From: Ginglymostoma cirratum
Taxonomy: Eukaryota
Direction of reading: 5' to 3'
Length of the DNA: 35,928 nucleotides
Assembly (NCBI GenBank): GCA_024137785.1
Contig: JAHRHZ010000027.1
Span: 1-35,928, forward strand
Both the position numbers and the translations under genes were made by a program. Below the pieces are notes generated by a model that did not search any database, had not been told where the DNA came from, and was given only the letters and a program-made list of their open reading frames with translations. Shown piece after piece: positions 1-11,900 of this stretch (within the stretch, counting starts at the first letter, position 1; each line of letters starts with the position of its first letter).

Positions 1-380
1 ATTCTGATAAATTACAGTCTGAAACTGAAAATGATTGTAAACCTTGATGTGAAATAATTTGTTCTCACTTGGAACCAATACCAATGGGAATATCAACAAT
101 GACAATGTTCTACATTTTACTGACAGACTTGGATCATAAAGATATTTGTGTTATTGTTGGTGCCGATGTTGGCAATGCCGTTGAAGAGACTTCACAAATA
201 TATTCACTTCCTATTGAGGGATCAGATAATATATAGCTTCATCTGGGTCTCACTTGCAGACAACCAAGAGGGAACTCTTCACAAATGGGACCTCAGGGCT
301 TTTTGTGAAGAATGGATTTTGTTGAATTCGTTTGACTATAACTGTCCCTGTTGAGAGAAATGTGGAAGTGACATATGGAA
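1..380. repeat. Paralog of about 31320-31700 (stalk 2 region)
   Basis: Direct alignment at offset 31319. Confidence 0.93.
129..210 (-). pseudogene. Stalk exon 2, unit 1, with in-frame stop: GSEYICEVSSTALPTSAPTITQISL*
   Basis: Acceptor ccctcaatag (phase 1), S/T/P-rich, TGA at 136-134, possible phase-2 donor AA|gtctgt; identical to 31529-31448. Confidence 0.72.
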
Positions 381-984
381 CATTATTTAGGTTTCATTCC
401 TCTCCTGTATATTGATGCCGCTGTATTCTTATTAAAGCACAGGAAAGGTTGAGGTTGCTGTGACTGTATTCCTGAGATCCCCTTTCTCACCCTTTTCAAA
501 CAAAAAGGAAAGTTCCAGCCACAGAGATGGTCACTGCCATCATTGGACAACGTGTTCCTTGGGGGATCCAGCAGCCGTTGCTGTGCCCTGTGATATCCTG
601 TGATTACTGGATAAGCTTCCACTGTGATTTGGACTTAAGTTTTCACTGCAGGTTTTATATGTAATGAAGCAGAACCCTGCTAGCTCCGTCACATGAGGAC
701 AATGTGTGGGTATTATCGTACTGACAAGTCAACAGATGTTGACGACGGCTTGTGTCCTGGACATGATTTACAGCCACGGACACTTCAGGGTGTGCACTAA
801 AACTGAGGTATTCAGTTACAGACAGTGGAACACTTCCTTCAGCAAGTGATGCTTAATGTGACCCAAACCCAGGTGGAATTTGACACCGTTATCCCCTCGG
901 GTCATATGGTACGATACACTGGTGACATTGACTATTATGGTCATAACACATACAAGCTGTGAGAGGGAGCACAAATCTCGAGCG

Positions 985-2190
985 CATTAATAATAAGAAG
1001 AAGAACCTCTCTATAGCAGGGGAACTAAAACTGTACACAAGACTCCTAAAGTGGCCTCACCAATGTCCTGCACAAACTCAAAATAATGTTCCAACTCCTC
1101 TACTCAATGGCCTGAGCAATGAAGGCGAGTGCACTTAATGATTTCTTGACCAACCTGCCTGCAGGTGATGCAACTTTCAAATAATTATGAACCTGACCTT
1201 CTGGATCTCTCTGTTCGACAACAGTACCCAGGGTCCCACTATTAATTGTACAAACACTGCCCTTGTTTGTTTTAGCAAAATGCAATACCTTGCATTTTTC
1301 CAAATTGAACTGCATCTGCTGTTCCTCAGTTCATTGGCCCAATTGATCAAGATTCCGTTGTACTCTTCGGTAACCTTCTTCACTGCCAACAAGCCACCAG
1401 TTTTGGTGTCATCCACAAACTTACAACAATGCCTCCTACATTCTGATCAAAATCATTCATCTACGTTACCCCAATCACTCTGAAACACCATTGGGTCGAA
1501 GCCAAAAGTACTAAACACAACCGTCCAGCACCAGCCTCTGTTTTCTGCTGTTAGCCAATTTTGTATCCAATTGACAAGATCATCCTGAATCCCATGTATT
1601 CTAACTTCAATCATTAGTTTACCACAGGGAATACTGTCCATGTAGACAATGCTTGCTGCTCTGCCCTCATCAATCTTTTTGTTTACGTTCTCAAAATTAC
1701 TCAAGCAAGTTTGTAAGGTACGATTTCCCACGCACTATTCCTCATCAGTCCTTGCCTCCTGAAACACATATAAATTCTATCTCTCAGAACCTTCTCCAAC
1801 AACTTACCCACCACTGATACCAGACTCACAGGCCTATAGTGCCCAGTCTTCTTCCATCTTTTCTGAAATAAAGGCCCAACATTAGCCAGCCTCCAGTCCT
1901 GCAGCACCTCAGCCGTGGCTGTGGATGACACGATTCTCTCTGCCAGGGGTCCAATAATTTCTTCCTTAACTTCCCACAATGTCCTGAAAAACAAGTGATC
2001 ACTTCCCAGAGATTGATCTGCCTTTTTGTTTTTAGACCTCCAGCGCTTCCTCTTCTGCAATGTTATCTGTTTGCAAGATATCAATATTTGTTTTCCTGAT
2101 TTCCCTAACCTCCTGATCTATCTCCACAGTAAAATCTGATGCTAAGTAGACATTTAGTATCTCTCCAATCTCGTGTGGTTCCTCTTGTAG
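985..2190 (-). mobile_element. Old CR1 LINE fragment (RT region)
   Basis: Broken ORFs with YRPVSLVSVVGKLLE, IVYMD, WIQNWL, QFNLEKCKVLHF. Confidence 0.93.
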
Positions 2191-2579
2191 ATGATGTAGT
2201 TCACTTTCTCTCCCGAATCTGAGGGTTGATGCATCACATCTGGGCTTGTTAAAGGGTATGGGCTGGTAACTACAACCCAGATATCCCACCTGTTTAAAAC
2301 CAAGAGTTTCACATGGAACTGTCACTTGCTGATATTAGCTGTGGTCAATTCCACTCTCTTGGAGTCAGTTTCCTGAGCTTTCAGGAATAATGTGAAAACG
2401 CATCCACAGACACACAACCTGTCAGTGATTTTCCATTGGTTGAAATGTAAGGATCCATGAGGAAGACTAATGTGGTTCCCCATCTTCACGGGTTATGCAG
2501 GCAACATGGCTTGACTGTGGTTTAAGAAAACCACTTCTACAGTACCTACAAAGTTAAATTTTTATCCTTTATTCTTTGT

Positions 2580-2750
2580 TGGCCAGCTTTTGCTGCCTAT
2601 TCTGAATTACCCCTGACTGATTGGCTTTCTAGGCTTTTGAAGAGGACAGTTAAGAATCAAGCACATTGCTGGAGTCCCATGTAGACTAGAGCTGGAAAGA
2701 ACTGCATGTTTCCTTCCCTAAAGGACATTATTGAACCAAATAGTACTTAA
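2580..2750 (-). mobile_element. Fragment of tRNA-derived SINE (same family as 19143-19489)
   Basis: Reverse complement of the ggttcactaatgtcctttagggaagg...cagcaatgtg core; paralog at 23680-23845. Confidence 0.7.
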
Positions 2751-3638
2751 CAGGATCTTAGGGGACCCCAAAATACCTCACATTCGATGAAATTCTCAGT
2801 TGAAGGGAGCAAACTGTTGGAAACCACCAGGATGTGGAAGTGAATTTGAAGGCAAGCAACAGAATTGAAGTAATTCTCTGAAATATCCGATTGCTTTTAG
2901 CAACATTGATTGAGGAAGGAATGCTTGCGAGGACACCAGGAGAACCTTCATTCTGCAAATAGTTTCCAAATGATGCTATCCCAAAGGGTGAATAAGTTGT
3001 CAGTTTATCACCTCATCGACACTGTCTCAGCTGCAAGAGCACAGCATTCCCTCTCTCTGCTGGGCTGTGGTATCCAGCTGAATTTTAACCCCAAAGGGGA
3101 ACTTGAACACACAACATGTTTGTGATAAATGTTCGAGTGCAGCCACATGAGCCGCTGCTGATAGTTACAAATACAGTTTCTGTGTGTCATTGCTACTTGA
3201 TGCTGACCTGCTTCTTCTCTGACAGCTCGAACACGAGATCATATCAGGAAATGCCTGCAGTCAATACTTGCAGATATTTCATCTGTACAACTCACTTCCA
3301 ACCTATACCCAATATCTGTCCAAAATCTGGACATAACAGTCATGCACTGAGTTTGATAATTCCGTCTGGTAGAAAAATTCAAATTGTCAGTCAATCAAAA
3401 ACTATTTTAATTATTACGGATTCTTGGAGTTATCGCAATGTTTATGCGTGCCGTGGGGAACATTTTATTAACCTGCTCATGTCGAAAGTACAATGCAAAC
3501 TGTTGGGTTTATTCACAATTGGCGATGAAACAAATGGTGTGTATTTTATCAATTACAGTCTTACAGAATGAGATAAAAAAACATCTAGTTTAAACAGACA
3601 TTCAGTAAAAAAAATCACATTGTTTGCTTCACACTCAC

Positions 3639-3961
3639 CGATGCTGTCGATGTGTATTCTATACCAGCAGTTCTTCTCTGTTACATTGTTGACTGACACA
3701 TGAACAATTTCACTGGATTTTGTTCCCTGAGTATTTGAGGCTGTGCAGTAATATTGATGATGTTGCTGTGTGAAGGATTGACAATGTAGATCCAGCTTAC
3801 TGGTGTCAGAGATCTTTGAAACTTGAGATGGGGTCTTCTCAGACCACGTGCAGTGAATGGGGAGGGATCCGTGGGCAGACTCACAGGAGATTGTCACTGA
3901 GCCCCCAGAACGTGAGACATTTGGTTGTGACAAAAATGAAGTTGAAGAGCAGAGACAGCTT
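3639..3961 (-). pseudogene. C2a exon, unit 1, frameshifted
   Basis: 323 nt versus 324 nt in unit 2; 1-nt deletion near 3937 (CTT C-A TTT vs CTT CGA TTT); remainder matches ORF 3553..3978. Confidence 0.88.
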
Positions 3962-4111
3962 CTGTGGGAAAGAAACAATTGTTTAGAAATTGACCGCCAT
4001 CAAAAAATCAAATACTCTCCAACACTTTGTTATCTTGTTCCCTGGATAAAGCATTGATCAGACATATCAGCAGAATTGAAAATCAAAATACTATCAGTGA
4101 GACATATGTAC

Positions 4112-4426
4112 CATCAGAGATGTGCAGCTTTACGTGAAACATTGGGTCAAGGCCCTGAGTCTGAATCCCACAGCTGTACCATCCTGTATCTCCCCTTTGA
4201 AGATTCTTTATTGTAACAGGAAATATTACTTGTATTTTGTTATCTGCGATTCATATTCTCCCATTTGCCCAGTTTGTTGTTGCTATAACATTACACTGAC
4301 GAATTCATCTGTGACACCAATATTTAATGTTTGACTGGTAGCGTCATACTTGGTAGTGGCAATGTGTTGTGATCGCTCTTCCCAAAATTCCCGATACAGG
4401 CTTCTCTGCCCATAAAGCACCTGAAA
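4112..4426 (-). pseudogene. V-type (CD300/pIgR-like) exon, unit 1, inactivated
   Basis: 315 nt with intact splice sites but three in-frame TGA codons (4346-4344, 4307-4305, 4253-4251); retains KYWC...C and GDTGWYSCG. Confidence 0.9.
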
Positions 4427-4982
4427 CTGAGTAATAAATATTTCAGAGATTTGGAAATTTCTAAAGAAGTCTTAACATGTACAGATACATTGTAATCAAC
4501 TACATTGTATCTAGTTTGAGATGAAGGTAATCATAAATATACACCCTTATCAGATTGTCTGAGTTTTCCATTTTCACAGGGAATGATTAAAACAGTGTTA
4601 CCCAACTGGTCGAGTTTTGGAGCTGTCTCGAAATTGGGCTTGTGCTACACGCTGTGGGCTCTAGCCCCACTGTGTGTGGCACCATCGAAATGTTGCCCTT
4701 CTGGATAGCAGCCTGAGTGACAGGCCTGGATTGGAGTCAGCTGGGGATGAGTGTGAGGGAGGCTACAGGTGCTGAAGTGTCCTTGTTCTGAACGGAGAGG
4801 GAGAGTTTCATCCAGGGAGGAGAGGGGATTGTGGAGACTCATGGTTGGCTCAGGCACTGAATTTTCAGGTCTTGAGGGTCAGATAGAACAGGTGACACAG
4901 GAAGATTATGAGAGCCCTCAAGGAGTTAAAGTAGAGATTTGAAGTTCAGTAAGTGATGGCTCACCAATGTGAAGCTAGATGG

Positions 4983-5325
4983 TGGATGGCACTGTGGCTG
5001 AGTGGTTTGCACCGAAGGACCCTGTCCCTTTTCCAATCTTGGGCGACTGAGTGTGAAGTTTGCATGTTCTCCCAGTGTCTGCGTGGGTTTCCACTGGATG
5101 CGCCTGTTTTCACCCACAGTCCAAAGATGTGCAAGTTCCGTGGAGTGGCCACGCTAATTTGCCCATAATGTTCAGGGATGAGTAGGTTAGGTGCATTAGC
5201 CACAGGAAATGCAGGGCTACAGGGATAGGGTAGGGGAATGGTTCTGGGGAGGGATGCTGCTCAGAGGGTTGTTGTGGAGTTGTTGGGCTGAATGGCCAGT
5301 TTCCACACTGTGGGGATTCTATGAT
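4983..5325 (+). mobile_element. HE1-type V-SINE
   Basis: tRNA-like head, V-domain (tttgcatgttctcccagtgtctgcgtgggttt...cccacagtccaaagatgtgc), CR1-like tail ending ggattctatga. Confidence 0.88.
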
Positions 5326-6791
5326 CTCTGGTCAATGTGTAGAACCTTGAGGGCAGGAAAGGCAGGATTATTTGTAATCAAACATTGCTGTCAGTGTAAA
5401 GCAGAGTAAAATTACAGAAGTAATTGATTGATTGTTTCAGAGAGATACTTCATGAGAAAATGTTTAAATTGCAGCCATGTTGTGTCCTGGTGTGGAAAGC
5501 GAGCAGCCTGTCGATGACTGAGTAGAGTTTCCCTCAAAACACATGAATGTGTGTGGAACAATTCTTGACTGAAATGATAGAAAGAATTTTAAAATAAAAT
5601 GAAGTAGTTGAGAGGAAAGGGAAAAGGGAGAAAAATGCATGAATGGTTGAAGCTGATGGAAGTCATGAATTAGAGTTCTTATAGGGAGGAGGAATCCATG
5701 AGAGGAATAGGATTGTTGGACACACAGAGGCACACCTCAGCTTTCTGTAAAGTATTCTGCTTGACATTAATGATCTTGCCCCTCAAACTGTTGCAGAAAG
5801 GTTTCCTGTAACATATCACAGAGCTACGGCCCTGGGAACGTTAATATTTTGTGTTTCAACTTTGCTTGATCATAAATGAAGGGGTCGTGGCAAAATTGAA
5901 CAATAATTTTGGTGCAATTTGACATTGTTATGTCATAACTGATGTGCAACTTGGTTCAAGACAAAGACTGAAAGTAAAAAGCTATTTTACGGGAAGAGAA
6001 ATACAAACCAACCATCCAGTTTTGAGGCAGAGACTCGCAAAACAATATTTAATGAATTCTTCCAAGTTAGTTAAATAAATGGAAACAAACCTGAGATGTT
6101 TTGTTTGAGGGCTTACCACCACACCAGTTTTCAGTCATATTGAATGTTAAAAACTTTGGACTAGTTCAGATGATTATGCTGTTTGAGCCACCTTTTAAAA
6201 AAAATGCTGTCCTTTTATTATTTTATTCATAATTAATAATGCAGCTGTAAAGTATTTGGTAACTATGTCGTGTGGTATTATAATATTTTCAAAAGAAGAT
6301 ATAACATTTCCTGATGTTGCTGATGTTTTTCTAGACTTCTTTCATTTGAACCTCAAACACTTCCATATTTGGAGATACATGGGGCAGACCTTGCACATGG
6401 TACATCTGATTTTTGCAGTTTGTTCTTCCTGGAACAGGTCATTAGCATGAGACCAGTTTGTCGAGGGGTGTCACTCTGCACTGGATAAGGCTGACCTGGA
6501 ATCTCACTCATTCTTGCACCCTGCCATGGACTCGTTGGAATGATTTGCAGGTTGATGATGAATCTGTTTGTCTTGGTGAGAATGCACACTCCTTTGTAAA
6601 ATGTGCTGCAGAATGAATCAAACTTTCAGCATTTGTCACATCAATAAAAATGTTACCCGTTGTGTCAACAAGATGTTCCGTTGTGCTTTTACATGTCACC
6701 AACTATGCAAACATCTCTATACTGTATAAACCAGATGGTAGACTTTAATAAGCATTAATTATTTGAATAAACATCTGAGATGGTCACTCAC

Positions 6792-6828
6792 TGGGAATGC
6801 AACAAATGAGGAGAATCAAAATCCACAT
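6792..6828 (-). pseudogene. Leader exon, unit 1 (MWILILLICCIP); intact but heads a pseudogene
   Basis: ATG, hydrophobic 12 codons, A|gtgagt donor; paralog of 27859-27823. Confidence 0.85.
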
Positions 6829-6922
6829 TGTTTTATTCACAAAGATCAGTTCTTGATGTCAGTCACACAGCTCTTGTTTCTCACATGGAAATAAGTGTGT
6901 AATGCAATGTCTGCAAGAATGT

Positions 6923-6946
6923 AAATGAGGAAGAGGATACAGGAAG
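6923..6946. promoter_or_regulatory. Purine-rich ETS/PU.1-like boxes about 100 bp upstream of the unit 1 ATG
   Basis: aaatgaggaag...caggaag, conserved in the unit 2 promoter; motif match only. Confidence 0.3.
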
Positions 6947-8434
6947 CCAAGTTCCGAAACTACTGTAAGCCAGCTGATGCTGAACGCTGAAGAAATTTTT
7001 CTCCTGTTAGTTATGTTTAACAGAAGAACTAAACTAATTTTCAATGAATGAATAAAAAATTCTGAAATCAAGACAGTTGAAGACTCAGGTGCTGAGGATA
7101 ACGATGAGCCAACCTCAGTATTTAGACTGAATTCTCAAGTGAAACACAACTGGCTCATTCTCCAATGTTAGAAAACTGCCACCAACAGTTTTTGAGAAAT
7201 ACATACTTATTTTGTGAAAATTATTCCTGCAATTATAAATAGAATTGTTTTGAATATTTTGTGTTTTTTTGCAGAATGTACCTCCTGTTGTGAGGGCTGA
7301 AATTGATTGTTGTGTCAGGATCTGAACTCCTGGATGTGCAAGAGAAGGACACTCTCTGCTCCATTTCCAAAAGACTCAAGTGAACAAGTAATGAGGTTGA
7401 TTTCAGGTAGAAAAAGGAACTCAACTGACAGAGAGAATATTCTGGGAGAAGTGAACTGTGATTGAGTAACTGGGAGTGAGCTTCAATTCCAAGGTGTGTG
7501 TCCCTCTGATGAACTGCCTGACATGGGGCTTTGTCTTTCCCAGGACATGGTTGATGATGGGTGAGTCTGGTGAATCATGCTGGGTTTCACGTTTGAGAAG
7601 ATCAAAGGGTCTGATACCCTCATGAATCCTGCTAACCCCCCACCCACAATGCTGAAGGCAGTGCTCCCACCTTAATGCTTAATATGGAAGGAGAGTCACT
7701 GGAGATGTTACCCAGAGACTGAACCAGTGAGGACCATCGCAATGCTCTGTCTGGGAAACAGAAACAATACTTTGGGTTAACTCCTGAAGAACACTTGGAA
7801 CCATTTTGGGGTTATTACCCGAATTTGGAAGAAACCCCCCTGCCAATAGTCACCAATGTCTGAGTGTCAGAAATTGAGAGCAGATATCTCCCAGCCCCTG
7901 AAGAGCACGGCCACTGTAGAACCTGTTGGAAAGTATGCTGAGATTAAATAACTCTCAGAACAGCCTTGAATTAAACAAGTTTTATCCCCTCCTTGTCTTT
8001 CCAGAATGTCTCTCCACTGAACATTTCTGTCAGCGGCTGCAGACATATTGCTGCAGGTGACACAGTTCTAACTCTTTAGTGAGCTGTCGGCAGTGGCTGC
8101 CAGGACGGTGTTACAATGCCTGTAGGTATGGTTTGTGGTTTCCCAATGGACTTTCTCCACAGGCTCTGGGCTTTTACCAATGATAGAGGAGGCCAATCCC
8201 AATTGTCTCGCAGATCCAGGTTAAAAATAACATATGTTATTTATCTGTCTGAAGGCCTTTGGAAGAGTAGTGAAATATCCCTGCTGTAACGCTTGGTGGC
8301 ATATTCCTTGATGCCGAAGCTACTTGTCAAACAGTTCCTGGAGAATATCTCAATATTCTGAGCTGTGGGAACTTCAGCGCCTGTTTACGGTACAGTTTAA
8401 TTGATAATTTCTCTTCTGGTCCTTGAGAATAAAG

Positions 8435-8930
8435 TCAGAGAGAGTCAGAGTAATAAAGCTTGGAAACAGGCCCTTTGGCCCATACAGTTCCTTGATGATT
8501 GTGGTGCCCACTCAGCTGGTTCCAATTGCTTGCATTTGGTCCATAACCCTCTAAACCCTTCCCATCCATGTACCTTTCCTAATGATTTTGAAATGTTGCG
8601 ATTGTACCTGCCTCAATCTTTTCTCTGACATTCCATATAAACACAACACTCTGCATGAAGAAATTGCCCCTCACGTCCTTCTTAAATTTTTGCTCTTCAC
8701 ATTAAAACAATGCACTCTAGTTTTCAATCCCCCATTCCTGGGAAAAAGGACTGTATGAATTCATCCTACCTATGCCCGTCATGATTTTATACGCATCAAT
8801 AAGGTCACCCCTCATTCGCCTAAATTTCAAGGAATAAAGTCCTATCCTTGCCCACCACTCCCTATAACTCAGGCCTAATGGTCCTGGCAACATCTTTGTA
8901 AATCTTCTTTCCACACTTTCCAGTTCAACT
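8435..8930 (-). mobile_element. CR1 LINE 3' end
   Basis: ERRFTKMLPG...LYSLKFRRMRGDLIDAYKIM plus CR1 3'UTR. Confidence 0.9.
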
Positions 8931-8969
8931 ATGTGGAAACATTTTTTTCACGCCCCAACTTCTCAGAAA

Positions 8970-9337
8970 TTGACGGCCCAGTGCCTCAGTGGTTAACACG
9001 GCTGCCTCCCAGCCTCAGTGACCTGGGTTCACTTGAAGCTTTGTCTGACACTGCGCAGTTTGCACGTTCTCCCCATGCCTGGATGGCTTTCCAGTGGGTG
9101 CTCCAGGTTCCTCTGATACTGCATTGTTAGTGCATTGATGTGCAGCTGAGGTGAAGTGATCGTGCTAAATTACCCGTAGTGTCCAGGCTGTGCAGGCTAA
9201 GTTGGTTCGACAATAGAAATGTGTGGCCATGGGAATTGGGAAGAATTCTGAGTCTGGTGGGATGGTCTTTGTAAAGATGGTGAAGAGCTGATGGGCCAAA
9301 TGGCCTCTTTCTGCAATGTACGGGTTGTATGATTCTC
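8970..9337 (+). mobile_element. HE1-type V-SINE (older)
   Basis: tRNA-like head, tttgcacgttctcccc V-domain, tail tatgattct. Confidence 0.82.
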
Positions 9338-9739
9338 ATTCACATTCCTCTTTGACCATGATTCTATTTGAGTATTTAATGGACGGGGCCCAAACTGAGT
9401 GTGTGTTCATTGAGGAGAAGCCATTCACACAGAGCATGCTGCAGGCAGAAACATTTTTATGAACAAAGTAATTTTGAATGAAATCTACATTAAAACCTTG
9501 ACATTATGGTTTAAGAAAACTCTCAGAATGTTCATTTCAATTCAAATTAATTTGTATATTAATGTTTTGGAAGAAATTTAAATTTGTTGTTGAATGAAGT
9601 GTGGATTTGCTGCTTTGTGAATGCAGTGCGCTGAGAAACATATTCATTTCCTTTAAAACCTTACCTTTTCAGAACGTTTTCAAATAAGACAAGTTGCATT
9701 TCTATATTAGTTTAAAGATGTAAAACCAGAGCAGTAATG

Positions 9740-9945
9740 TGAATAACCTTAAGTTGATGTTCGGTGGATGATTTAAGGCCAGCTGGGATGGTATGGGAAT
9801 GGCTGAGTGTGGAGCTAACAACATGTTGGATGAGGGCTCTGTTGGACAGGGAGATGGATGGAGTCATTGACTAAGGAAAAGTGATTGTTGTGGGATCAAA
9901 GACAGTGGCTTCAATCTTCAGAATTGTCAGTTGTAATTTTATTGA
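9740..9945 (-). mobile_element. Possible L2 LINE RT fragment
   Basis: KLQLTILKIEATVFDP resembles the L2 motif LQLNxxKTEAIVFGP. Confidence 0.4.
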
Positions 9946-10550
9946 CATTGTGAAAATGCACAGACAGGCACAAGAACAGCAGGTAGGTATGTCAGAGGCA
10001 GTTGTTAAACTGGATCAAAGGATGGAGGAATCAACCAACGCTATCAGTCCCAGGCGGTGTGTCTGGCCATCCCCCTTGGAGAGGTGGACAGCTGTCACTC
10101 AGACTCAGGCTCAGCTCACTGAGTGTCTGCTGGATATGAGCACACACCGACATTCCATCACTGTAGCCATTGGTGCTTAGCATAACTGAGGAGGTGAGAG
10201 TGGGTCATCACTATCGACTTCACTCCAGGTTCCCCTTACTCTCAGGGAGACAGGATGGTGTCAGGAGGCACCCATAGAGAGGATGAGCCTCACAGAAGAT
10301 CCCTCGATGTTTCCTCTCAGGACACTCCAGTTAAATCTGGCCTCTCCATCTCCTCCCTGACTGTGATGCCAAGCCATTGCAGAAGTTCCAGTCAGTGACA
10401 GTGAGCCCAAATATGGCTCCCACCCCATTTCAGCTGCATCTGGGACATCCCACTCCCACCCCCTCCAACAACCTTTGTCAACTGCAGCTATGAGGGCCAC
10501 AGCAGCCATACTGACGGCAGAGACATTCTGGGCAAAGCTGCAAGGTCACG
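9945..10550 (+). mobile_element. Possible remnant of the Harbinger second (Myb/SANT-protein) ORF, C-terminal part
   Basis: Coiled-coil-like MHRQAQEQQVGMSEAVVKLDQRMEES then S/P-rich sequence, convergent with the transposase; no Myb domain seen. Confidence 0.35.
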
Positions 10551-10554
10551 CTGA

Positions 10555-11140
10555 AGCGTTCTAGGCACCAAAACCTCATCTTAACGAGGCCTATGGTCTG
10601 TTCCACTTTGGCCCTGGTGGAAGCAGGAGCAGCATTGTATCTTCATTGTGTATCAGTCAATGGGTTTGATAAAGATGTCACTGGCCGAGTTTCAAGAGGG
10701 CTCTCCTTGTCTCCCAGCAGCCATCCCTGTACGTCCTGAGGACATTGGGAAGAAGCAGGACCCAGTGATCTCTCGAATATCTGAGCATCGTGGGAGCTCC
10801 CAGGATATCAATGACCCACCTCCAAAACCTGGCATCGAAGGTCACATCCAAAGTGAGCTTTGATGTAGGTGGAGACTTTTCTGTTGCCGAGCTCTGCAAG
10901 TTAGTGATGGGGACATTCTAACAGCAATGTGGGTGCAGTTTATCGCATGCTGCCCCTGGGGGAAGCCAGTGACGTTGGAACATTCCCCTTCCTGGACTGA
11001 GTGACTCACCGTGTCACAGCTCAGGGAAACATATGAGCAGCTGTGATCTGGAGAAAATGGCAGCAGTGACAGCTTGACTGCATTTGTGTGTCAGAGAGTG
11101 GGAGGTGCCACGCAGCTGCCCAGTTGGTCCTTGAACTCTT
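10555..11140 (-). mobile_element. Fossil PIF/Harbinger DDE transposase (HARBI1-like), frameshifted
   Basis: Ordered motifs across frames: GTSHSLTHKCSQAVTAAIF..FP, GFPQGQHAINCTHIAV, NRK, YPGSSHDAQIF, GWLLGDKESPL, RYNAAPASTRAKVEQTIGLVKMRFWCL. Confidence 0.88.
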
Positions 11141-11754
11141 GTCCATGTGATAACGCCATGAGAATGTCCGAGGTGTATAACCTCATCCAAATGTAATCTG
11201 CACAACCAAAGACATCGAGTTTCATTTTGGGTGCATAATTCTGGCAATAAGCCACTGTGATAGACACCCGCCTCCCAAAGAAAAGTCTCCCTTGCACATT
11301 GCAGACTATCTCCTCTCAGACCTACAATTCAGTGTGTGAACGTGGCGGCTGAGAATTGCATTTTGTTACTGATAGCTATGCAGTGCTTTACAGAAATGCC
11401 AAACTCAAGTGGTACTATAAAATGAGCCTGTCTGATTACATTCGCCTTGTTAACAAGACACTGAATGTGAATAATGTTGTGGTCAATGATTGCTTGAGAC
11501 CATAACGTGTAATGCTTATTTCTGGACAATGAATGACCTGCCGTTGTAGTGGAATTGAATGGTAGTTGTGTGACTGAATCAGTGGATGCAGGGTGGATGC
11601 AATAGCCCCGACTGGGTTTCAAATTCATAGGATTTCACGGTCTCCCTCCACCTCCTCCCAAAATATGAATCAATGACTTCACACCACTCTGCAAGTGACT
11701 CTTGTACAGTGAGTGGGACAAACTTTGTCAAGTGTCAAACTAGTGATTTTGTGC

Positions 11755-11900
11755 CATAATGAAAAATTACTAGAAACTGAGCAGGTCTGGCAGCCTCTGT
11801 GGAAAGAAAGCAGAGTTAATGTTTGAGCTCCAGTGACCCTTCTTCAGAACTATCAGTAGCTGGGAAAGGGTGGTCTATATGCTGCAGACACGGGACTGGG
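11755..11900 (-). mobile_element. Penelope-like element pLTR fragment
   Basis: agcaggtctggcagc...gacccttcttcagaa; minus strand CTGAAGA-AGGGTC...CAAAC is a degenerate hammerhead core. Confidence 0.6.

Larger units (their letters stand above)
2121..7945. repeat. Segmental duplication, direct paralog of about 23056-28980
   Basis: Colinear similarity across introns, C2a, V, HE1 SINE, leader and upstream region, offset about 21.0 kb. Confidence 0.95.

Noticed and set aside
252-347. Acceptor- and donor-flanked open segment just upstream of stalk 2
   Set aside because: It would leave an intron of only about 40 nt, and the frame and acceptor are not conserved in unit 3.
2758-2958. Minus-strand ORF with a hydrophobic stretch (paralog 23858..24079) as a possible TM exon
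   Set aside because: No convincing splice sites, charged residues interrupt the helix, and a better TM exon exists.
3116-3571. 151-aa plus-strand ORF and other antisense ORFs over introns and exons
   Set aside because: No recognisable motifs; not kept open in the paralog (24211-24797 is broken).
4983-5050. tRNA-like sequences at SINE heads (also 8970, 19143, 26017)
   Set aside because: They are the 5' parts of SINEs, not tRNA genes.
6508-6722. ORF in intron 1 (paralog 27598-27750 reads ...ESSIYSPAHF) that looked like a tyrosine-motif cytoplasmic exon
   Set aside because: It lies about 70 nt downstream of the leader donor and upstream of V; splicing from the leader hits an immediate TAG; the Tyr is not conserved (LIHSAAHF in unit 1).
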